A DNA stretch of 64,000 bases from Phoronis australis (Eukaryota; Animalia; Phoronida): assembly GCA_002633005.1 (NCBI GenBank), contig NMRA01000275.1, forward strand, positions 407,682 through 471,681. Direction: 5' to 3'. A program made the translations under genes and the position numbers. A model generated the notes under the pieces. The model was not told where the DNA came from. It searched no databases and saw only the letters and a program-made list of their open reading frames with translations. Position 1 is the stretch's first letter. The number at the start of each line of letters is the position of its first letter. Below are positions 13,090 to 35,861 of this stretch, in pieces.

Positions 13090-14226
13090 GGGTCCCACCC
13101 TCAAAATACCCAACTGCTCAGCAGTTCTCCTACCTAGACTAGGTTGAGACCCTATTTAATTACTATTAGCGACCATGAATGTAGCCACAGTGTGCTCACT
13201 GCCTACACCAATCTTAGCCCTAAATTCGCCCCGTTTAAAGGCTTAGTGGATCCATATGGGTAAATGTTTGCCTCAGATTTACACAACTTTACCCCAACCT
13301 GACTTAACAAAAAAGTCTCAGTGTTTACAACATTAACACTTGTTCCTGAATCTTTCAAAAATGGAACTGACTGACCATTAATCAAAGCAGGCACTGCGTC
13401 ACTGCTGTGACTGGCAGATACAACAAACTTTTAAGTTTGTTGTATCTGCCGGTTCACCAACATTAGAATTTTTGTGACACATATTTACAGAGTGTTTAGT
13501 TTTACACTGAGCTGCAAAATGTCCTTCTGCACGTCTGCTCTTGGCAACTGTGCATGCTGCTGCTTTGTGTGGGTTGCCGAATCGGAAACACTTCATCTGC
13601 ATTTTCTCTGGCTTTTTCCTGGCTTCCACTTGGTGCTTCTTGGGTTTCAGTTTGACGTAATTCACATGCTCGACGCTAGCTTTGGTCATGACTGCAACTT
13701 GTGCATTAGCTTTCTCATGAGCTCTGCATTATCTACTGAGTCCGAGACAATATTGAAATTGTCTTATATTGTTTCAAAAGTTCTTGTTTCAGTTAGCTGG
13801 TAACACAAGTTTCTACTACCTGGTCACGGATTGCATCCTCCAGGCCATCACCAAAATCACATGAGTCGGCTTACAAACATAGGTGTGAAACATGCGAATC
13901 AGCTGTCTCCCCTGCCTCTGTTCTGAATTGACGAAATACCTGCCTCTCAAATGGAATGTTTTTCTTAGGCATAAAATAATTATCGAGAGCTGAAACACAA
14001 TCATCAAAACAACTGTCACCTGTATCAGGCAGCGTCTCAAACAAATCCTGTACCGTTGGTCCCGCCGTGTGAAGCAATACTGCTTTCCACCAACCAATAG
14101 CCGTTAAGTAAATTAATAATTTCTTCCACTTCGTCCATCGTTGGTGTAAACTGGTAGTGTCCCCAGCCAAATCAAATGATCCGATCGATTGTAGGTTTAA
14201 TAATTTTGACATCCTCGTCACCAAAA

Positions 14227-14535
14227 TGTAGTGTCTTTGCAGGATGTTAACGGATTAAACACAATTTATGTACTCGATAAACACGTTTATTAGCCATCCA
14301 GCCGGTGTCCGCTACAATAGCAACATTACAAGTGTACCGCTATATAATAACATGCACATTACAGGTTGAGTCTGCTGATTAACGATCCAATTTCCAAGAT
14401 GGCTACACACAGTACGAGCACGACGGAGCACACCGTAGCTCGAGAAAAACGGCCTGACTTTGTCTAAGTAATTGTCTGTTGACCGCAAAGAGTACACAGA
14501 GTTTGAGAATACCACTCATACGATTGGACACCACA
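14227..14535 (-). repeat. 5' LTR of element B
   Basis: Imperfect inverted ends TGTAGTGTC/GACACCACA, minus-strand AATAAA near 14290, abuts the PBS. Confidence 0.75.
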
Positions 14536-17500
14536 ATCCTTTAAGCTGCCACTTATGTTTCGCATCAAGTTTTATCGGCAAGATGCCAGAGCGTGTTCAT
14601 AGATCAACTTATCTTTATTGGATAGGCAGAACAACAACTATGACAGATAGCGCCATCTATTGAGCAGCATGAAACACGGGAGGAAGTCCTATAGTGACAC
14701 CTATCGTTCGCCGAACTAAGTATTCTCTAGTTAATGTACTTCAAGAATCTTGCTTGATGCCATTGTGAAGAAATGAAATAGAGAGCAGTTAACTTATTTT
14801 ATTGAATAAGAATAGCTGTTGGTAGGCGACAACTGTCAATAAACGGTGCTGCTAACTCTTGCGCCAAGTTTCGTGTTGGCAAGCTGTAACAATAGAATAT
14901 AGGCTAGGTCCCGTACTCGAGTTTGCATCTTCAGAGTTATATAAAGTTCCATTGTTATAGTTTTAGGGCTGACAAGTGCAGGGCAAAATATGTTGTTTTG
15001 TGATTTTATTGCCAATCGTAAAAACTGGCTGCCCATCATTTGCCAAAATCCAACACTCCAGGACCACAGGATTGTTGCCCATGGGGAATGCCTCCCCGTC
15101 TCCCTCCGCACCGAAACATTATGTTTGTGACTTTATGCCTGAATAATGTCACACTCCTTTATTTTTAAATTTCAATCAGTATGACAGGTAGTTCACAAAA
15201 GATCCTTAGGACATGATTGTTTTTGAATTAGTGTGCCGTTACTGGGGGCTGCCATTCAGTGATTACCAAACTTGTCTCCATTCTGATGCAGAAAACAGGT
15301 ACCCCAATTCCCTGCTGTTCAACATTACCGAAAGGGGACATAACTGTTCTGCAGAGGGTCATTGGAATAATTTACGTCTAAGTAGTACGTGAAGTTTGTG
15401 TCCATTGACCTTAGTACTAGTCTGGTTATTCCACCTCTAGGTTATAACAATAAAAGTTGTGCTTCAGACCTTGTCAAAAAGAATTTGTTAAAAATATTTA
15501 GTTTACATGCGGTATGATGTTACTTATCTACCACTGGAAGATGTTGATGTTACTTTTTCGTGTCACCAGTATTTTGATTACTGAATGTATTTCAGTGCCA
15601 GTTCTTATTTTATTTGTGCTAATCTCTTCCATTGACATCAGTTTGTTCATGCATGTTCAGGTGGTCGTCTCAATGTGCAAGTTTCCTGTTGTTTAGTTAT
15701 GCTAATTCAAATGTTTTTTTGCATTTGTCATGGTGTATGTCCACATAAATTGCATTGTATTTTGAGCAGGACACCTACATTTCTTTGATACGATTCTCAT
15801 GTATTTTACGTTTTATACAAATACACGTTTCATTTTCGGTCAGTGAGTTTTATTTCATAGAAATATTGCATTTTTCTACAAATTATGTACAAAATAAATA
15901 TACTGACAAATTACACATTGATGTCCATGAGATCTAAACACCTAGTAGCTCGCAACTGTACATGAGAGAAATATCCACGTCATCGGCCACACTTGTTCAG
16001 GTACACCTACCTGCTCTTCATAAACATTTGGAGATCAGACTGTTTTAGGTCTGATCACAACTTTTATCAAAGCAAGACGAATATTTCCTATCAAAGAAGC
16101 ATGAATTATCTGTGCCTAACTACACAAAAGCATTTCTCCGTATTGACGTGCACTAACAATAATGCTATTTGCGTGAATCCAATATAGGCAGCAATGTTTC
16201 TAACACAAATAAGAAACTGCAAATTCACTAAGTGTCATAAGGGACCTTCCCTTGAAATGCCTGCTTTCAGGTACACCATGTGGGTCCCTTATCACACAAA
16301 CACCCCCATGGCAATGGACTACTTTCTGCTCTCATTCTATTGAAATATCACAAAGAGGTCCCTTTATTTATTAACGCCACCTAGTGAATATCTTGTCGCC
16401 CATTGACTGAGTAATCAAATACTGTTTCCTAGCAGAAAAAAAGAGATTGGGACACACCACAACACATCTTATATACATAATATAGTTCATGGCATTATCA
16501 GGAACTATTGGTACAAAATTCATTAGGTACATTGTATACAAATATGAATGTGCGCACGAGACAAAATTGAGAGGTGACTTAGTTTCAAAGTCAAGATTCA
16601 ATTTTGGCATTTATGGGACAGAAGCCCACCTCCATTTGGTTATGTATAGCTGTCATCTATGTATGTCTAGCAGACCCCCCTCTGGTCAGATACACCTGTA
16701 CACAGCAGGCCCATTACCCAAAGGAGTGAGTAAGGGCTAACGTATTGCTCCCAACAGCTGTCAAACTGACCACCACCTAGAGAAGTTTTGAACATGAACA
16801 ATTTTCTTAACAGTAAGTGGTTTAAATCAAATTTTAGTTTGAAGGCAGGTCTATTTGCTGCTGTAAGAGTTAAAGACCAAGGATTGCAGACTGACGAACA
16901 CTTGGTGATGGTTAGTTAGATCTGAAAATCTGGAACTTAACCAAATCCCATGAACTCTGACATGGTGGTATGTTTTTTTTCCACTTTGTTTATCATCAGA
17001 CTCCTCCAGCAGCGTCATGGCACGCACACAAAGACTGGTGATTTGTTTTGTCACGAACAGAGACATTGTGCACAGGTGGCAATTCATGCTACAGCTCAAA
17101 ATACCTGGGTGGGGAGCACCACCAGAAATTGGGTTACTCGTGATTCAATAAGGGATTTTGAAAACACCCGTCACTAATGTACCAGGTGTCCTCCTTCAAA
17201 ACACAAAACGTTGCCCCACTGAAGTCAAATTAGCCAAACCAGGACCCTTACAAAGTGAATCTTACCAGACCATAGGTCCCATTTTGGGGGTCATGATCTC
17301 ATTTTCATATCCCGAAGTAGACGAAAATAAGTTTCACAGATGATATTCTGCACACTGTTCAGAGGTGACGCTATTTCTGTAATAATCCAAATTTCGCAGC
17401 CCACAATAGTTCTTTTCATTAGTTTTATACTCCCTAAAGTGGAACCCTAATAGTGTCAAAATCACACCCTAAATGCATAACGTACCTAGGCCTTAAGTGA

Positions 17501-20244
17501 ATACCGAAATTTCTGGTGGCTGCCCCCCCCCCCCCAGAAAATACAGAATTGGCAGTCTATGATTACACTGAGCTCTTAGCTAGATTATATGTAGAGCACT
17601 ACAGAGGGTTACTGGTAACAATAAACTATTATAAAATTTAAACAAACCACAACGCAGTGTTTGAATTTACAATGGTGTGGAATTCTAACACAATAAATGT
17701 GTTATAAGTGAAACCAATGCCACAATTCTGGAAGACATTGTTCGACCCAGACTCTAAAGGAGAATCCTAAAACTAGATCTTATCAAGAAAATTAGAAATA
17801 ACGTTAACTTATTTACATTCGACAATGCAAGCAGACTAACATGGGTTAAAGTGTCAATTTCTCTCTTGAGCCTAAACATGAAAATTTCAAATAATTTTTT
17901 TAAAAGAATTGCATAACTAAGCTCAAAGCGATTATTTGCTTTCACGGTACAGAAAAATTCTGGACATAGCTGGTGTGGCTAAGTGACCCAGTTAACTATT
18001 TGCACTAAAGATAGTGAGTAGTCTCTTAAACTTCGCATAAAATTTCGAGAACCAGTTCTGGCACAAAAGGCAAACTGTGTCCCAATAATTTATGAATGAC
18101 TCGTATGCTAAAGTTAAACATGGGTCATTCACCAAAATACGGTACTTCCATTATCTTTAGAATATTTTGACAATAAAATGGCATAAAAAAGAAAGTAATT
18201 ACGAACGTAGACATGTCAGCTAAGCAGGCTTAAAGATGTATTTGCACGCTCCATACTATGCTAATGTATAGCAGGAACTAAGTGACAATGCTATTTGAAC
18301 ATCATTTACACTTAACAAAGTGCAGTCACGTGGTATTCATTGACAACTTGTGAATGTGAAAATTCTGCAAATGTGTGACCTTTGCACTAATGACCACACA
18401 TGCAGAGTTATTCGCCAACACCACATCACGATACTTACCAGACACGGTTGAGTGATTTTCCGTATAAAATCATTTTCGACACAAAAATCGTTCTTAAAAA
18501 CATTTGGCAATTTTCAACCTACTTCATATTCACATCACCGCTATATGTTGTGTTTCTAACTAATTTGACCAAGCAATCACAGAGATGAGGAATTAGCGTG
18601 CAAGTTCCACTTGAAATGAAACAATCTCTGGACTGTTGAAAGATCTAATTTTGCAAATGTGCATTAACTTTTAATAAAATGTACAATTTAGTAAACAACT
18701 TTCAATAGTTTCACGATTTCTGTGACCTGGTCACTATCAACACCACACGATTTTCAAAGTGTACAAAAAATAAAACACGCACATTTGTCACAGATAAAAG
18801 AACACTGATTAATACAAAAGCAATTATACTATTAACTAACCTTATATTAGTCATTAGTAAACAGGTTACTAAAACAGTTACTACTTTTTGTACAAAAATA
18901 CATCTTTTAGTTTCAAACAAAGACTTCTAAGACAGGCCCAAGACCATGTTACCCAACACTTCTCAGGTTTGCAAAATAAAGACTCCCTTCATGTGTACAA
19001 AACACATTCCCCTTAGTTAAACTGTTCACAAGAACTTGTACATTAACCTGACGTCATTTGAAGTTACATTTTAAATCTAAACACCGCCCACAATTTGTCA
19101 GGCATGCATCCAGACAGTGGTCCAGTTTTATCCCCTGTTGGCACCATTTTCTCCATATTCACCAAATAAATGGTTTGACATTTGAATGAAGAGCAAAATC
19201 TTGCATCGTTGAAGACGAGCATGGAAGGTAGGAAAATACTATCAACAAAAACCTCCGACAGGTAAAGTAACCAACTTTACATCTTTAACTGGCAACTTAA
19301 CCACAAGTGACGTCATACAATTAGATGTCAACTGAGGGCAGTAAGCTAGCTGAGACCTTATGTAATGTATTTGTTCTATTACCTCTCTACATCTCTCACA
19401 TATACTGAACATAACTGCATGAAATGGTCCATCCCATTTCAGACAGACCTTCACCAAGACTGGGTAATTAATTGATCGATGCTGACCACTTGAGCTGGCA
19501 ATAGATGTGCAATGACAATTACTATCCACATCACTGTCTTTCTCTACTGTTTCTTATCTCGCAATACACAGTAATGAACTTTAATCTGTAAATTTCGGCT
19601 AAAACGAATATTTGAGGACATGAATTCCTAGTCAGTCTCGTTGAGATTGTAATCAAAAACTAATGGCCGTTTCAGCTATTCCACACCTATTGGGTCAAAT
19701 AAAGCAGAAATATGCGTACTTATACCCTGGCCACATCATTAATCACTCAGCCAAAGTGGGAACAGAACACAAAAGCACCACAAATTATTGACAACACAGC
19801 TTATACCACCTGGCCAGCATTATTGAAATGCATTCACTCTGTGACATACGGTTTAGAAGTTCATTACTTTTAGAAAGGTAAACTACCATTTAAGTTAACT
19901 CATTTTACGCCGAATCTGCCAAAACATGTTAAAATTGTAACATTTACCTTTAAAGCTTTGAACCTCAGTTTAACACCAAAAAGACACTCTAAAACTGAAA
20001 ACAGTAAACGCAAACTGAGACAACCAAACAGATGTCAAAACTGTCCAACACAATCTTCCACTGCTCCCATTCCTGCTCTGCGTCTTGGCCTACTCTTCAA
20101 TTTTCAATGCACATGATCCGAGGAAAACCTGATACCAATCTTCACTTGTCAACTATATGCAATTAACAAACTCCTGTATCCACCAATAAAATATTATCGA
20201 TAGTACACAAACATAAATATTGCACAGTCATGAGAGGAATGGTT

Positions 20245-32420
<12,176 letters not shown>

Positions 32421-35400
32421 TTTGATAACTATTATGGGATATGTAAACTATGATTAAGTCAAATACGATTGATAAATTAATAACACCTTATAATAAAATG
32501 GTATTTAATCCGAATATTTCTCCATTCAACCTTTTGCTTACAGATTTTCAATTTAAATTGGATCCATATATTCTGTATGAGAGGTTTTGGTTGCCGTTTT
32601 TAGGTGTCTACTGTAGAGGATAACAGACCTCATTCAAACCCTGATCCGTCAGCCAGTGACTGAACATGAGGGCCAAAAACCGAGTCCTCGGCAAAGCGTA
32701 GGCCTACGTGTGATTTTCACTACCCCGATGATAAGCGCCGACGAGTGACTGGCCGGGCACACGACTCGTCGGACCAGTGACCGGGGTCGTTTTTAACGTT
32801 GTAAACTGTAAATTGGCTCTGCGAGATCCTTTTTGATGGAGTTGAAATTTAACGTGAACAACGTGCTGGATCGCTTGTTCCGACTGTACAGCGGGACGAC
32901 CGGTCATCCTCGAACATGACTAAAACGTGAGAAAAAGCAAGTGAAACGTTTTAGTAATTCACGTTTTATTTGATTTTTTCTAAAATGCCTTTTTAAATAT
33001 TTTTTCCACTTAAATGCGTTGCTACTTGACATCCCATGGTGTTTACATGTTGGTTGCAGTTTGCAGGAAGCCGCCAAAGTTCGAATTCTGCCATCCCTCC
33101 CAGGTCGTCGCCGTTGCATGCACCCCCCCTCCCGTTATAATTGCGCTGACGGGTCGAGCTGAATTGTGGGGATGGGGGGGGGGGGACCGGCTCTGGGCGG
33201 GAGCGACAGAACTGAAACTCACTCGTTTAGTTTAACAAAAATTCACAACAAATTGTACTTTAAGACCTGAGCACGTCAATATTTGGAAAGTTCATTTATT
33301 TTTGTCTTGATTTTGAACATACACTTTAATCCCTGGTTCACGTGCTCAGTTGACTACGCTGAGGAAGCCGATAGAAATCCTGTGTTAATGCACGCCAAAG
33401 TAGACTACATGTAAGTTTCTCAGGGTGTCTGCATCTCCGGTGGGTGAACCCATGGCAGAACTGACGGAATTTCATCAACTTACGTCAAAGTGAACCGACT
33501 AACACCAGTTTTTGGAGGTTTTCAAAATCACTGAAGTGGAAAATATGAAGCATAATCCCTTCCCCATGACAAGTTTCTAATAGCCAAACTTGAAGTCGTC
33601 CATGACAATCTCATTTTCGTGGGTACATAAACCTTAAATCACGAGAAGCCAATCATGAAACCCGGCCACTGGCTTGAGATACAATGTCAGGGTCGTCACA
33701 TACCTCAGTAAAAAAGGTACACTTTAATTTTACTCAACTGGAGATTTTTTTGAAGTCCGCAATTCGCGTAAGATAGTGCCTTGTTTTCAGTACCAACTGA
33801 TATTTGTTCTTTTTTTGTAAAATTTAATCACGACATCTTGTACAAAGTGTACTGGTCTTTGGCTATTGCGGGGTTTAATGAATGTCAGGGTCAGCCCATT
33901 ACCATACCTTTGAGTTTCCGCCGCAGTAAACCTAATCTGGTTGGATTAATTACAGATGCACTTTGTGCAATGATCTTGCACACTCAATGAACTTGGGCAT
34001 GTCTTTATACGTAAGCTTGGCATGCGCGCACCCAGCCTTAATATGGGGGGGGGCTCGAATTCCTAACGTTGTGGACCTTTTGGTAACAAAATAGCCGGCG
34101 GACTATAAAAAAACGCAACACTGTGAATTGCGCGTTTGTGCTTGTTACTGGACTTTTCAGTGTCTCATTTTCTCAGACATTTTGTTTCTCCCAGGCGGAC
34201 CTCAAGTTTTTGCCCACTTCGCCCCCCCCCCTCCCCCCTGTGTGCGCGCACGCTTGGTTAGGCANCCCCCCCCCCCCCCCCTGTGTGCGCGCATGCTTGA
34301 TTAGGCAATTACATCGCCCTGGATGCCACAAAAAGTTACTCATTTCAAAATACTGGAAATAAATTAAATGAAACATGCTTATGCACATGGAGTTGTAAAC
34401 AACTCATACCATAACTTAGCCGTCTGGAGACGAGACAAGATAATTTGAACTAATCGGCGAAAATCTGTCGCGGTTTGCTCGAGTTTCTCTTATCGGGTGC
34501 CATTTTGAGGAAGTTACGTGAAATCACGCATGTTCACGAATAAAAAGTCCAAAAAACACAAATCTTACAAATTTCACCTGACCTCATGCTCATTGTGCTA
34601 GTGTCACGCCGGCGCGGCTATAGCGTCACGCGCTTCGCTCAGTCTCGCGCTATATAGCCCTTTGCCTAACTCACGTGGCAGTGGTTATCTCACGCGCCGT
34701 GAAAAAGTTCGTTAACGGCAACCAAAAAAGTGGAGTTGGAATTTTTCGCCAAAGTCACCTTAATTCTCACATCGTCATCGAAGATATGTATAGAAGTAGA
34801 AAGGACCAATGAAGAAAGTAAGCGTTTTTTTAAAGTCAATTTTAAGTGTGGCAATCATGTATATATTTTTGACGAGGTGAAAACTCAAAATCGGTGGCCG
34901 CTAATTGGCTCAGTTACCGCCCGTTTAAAATACATGGAACGAAATGCGTACTGAAAGCTATGGGAAGTATTGTAGCCCCTAACCGGCCAACCGAGGGGCT
35001 ACGTGTTGCCTTAAGCTCGGGCCGTGTAAGTCGGTGTCCGACGGAGCATGTGAACACATCCACTAGCACAAGAAACTGTAGGAACACCGCATTTATCCAC
35101 CTTCACTCTTATCAGGCATCCGATCGCCTAGGGCTTATAGGCGGCCGGCAAGGTCTGGCACGCCGGTAAAAATGAAAGTGCCTTTTTAGTACTCTGCAAA
35201 CCGGACTTGAATGTTTCTTCACTGAGAGCTTTACTAAACCTCAACCCATTCTGACTAATTTTTGGGGCGGCCACGTGCACGGCAAACCATGGACGGCCCG
35301 GCCGGGGTATCATGAGCCCGCCGCGTACCCACTAAGAGATGATTTTCTAGCTCGTGTAATTCCTGGTTTTTTATCATTTCTTGTTTATTTTTAATTGAAA

Positions 35401-35861
35401 TACTACAAATTATAGATAAATTTACGTTCTGAATTTTCCAACGAACACGTCTGTTTTTATTACGCGGATTTTATCTTCCAGGGGCCGATGCAAATGCTTT
35501 GGATGCCGCGTCCAACTCGGTTAGAGCAGAATTAACGGGCGGCATTCGCTGCATAAGCTCGACCGTAGTGTGAATGGTCTTTGTGTCCCTTTGTTTTCGT
35601 TATTTTTTTGTCCTTTTCGCCGAGTTTCAGGCAGTAATCTTTGTCCAGTGTTTAGTCAATCAATTATTAATCCTGTATGGCCTTCTCGACTCTTTTGTAA
35701 TTCACTTATTGTCTAATAGGTGGCGCACGTCTCCAAAGTTTGACCAATCGCAAGTGAGTTCGCCTGAAGCATAGCAACATCAAGCGAAAAGTTCAGAAGT
35801 TGTGTGTAAATTTCACTAAATTCTCATGCTGCTGTTGCGTACACCTTTATAGTAGTGAATC
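32421..35861. promoter_or_regulatory. Divergent MIER/DNAI4 promoter region, CpG-rich
   Basis: Lies between two outward-facing ATGs and is visibly CpG-rich versus the introns. ZNF143/STAF-like TACATATCCCATAAT (minus, 32431-32446), TATATA 34651 with E-box 34672, CCAAT 35744, RFX half-site TAGCAAC 35772-35778. Confidence 0.6.

Larger units (their letters stand above)
5141..14535 (-). mobile_element. Host Ty3/Gypsy element B (5' LTR, PBS, gag, PR, RT, RNase H) split by nested insertions
   Basis: 5' LTR 14227-14535 (TGTAGTGTC...GACACCACA). PBS TGGTGACGAGGAT at 14211-14223. Gag 13400-14224, protease LKDSGT 13095-13394, RT pieces 11962-12149, 6136-6285 and 5750-6014 (NIADDIIIYG), RNase H VDAS/YASR 5141-5704. 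Many stops and frameshifts. Confidence 0.88.

Noticed and set aside
34977-34984. Telomerase RNA template CCCTAACC
   Set aside because: Half of it is buried in a 9-bp stem. I could not place a U-rich/A-rich triple-helix pseudoknot or H/ACA boxes on that strand. Kept only as a model to test by cmscan.
35189-35275. U5 snRNA
   Set aside because: Has TACTCTG, CTTTACTAAA and an Sm-like site, but lacks the invariant GCCTTTTAC loop and its stem.
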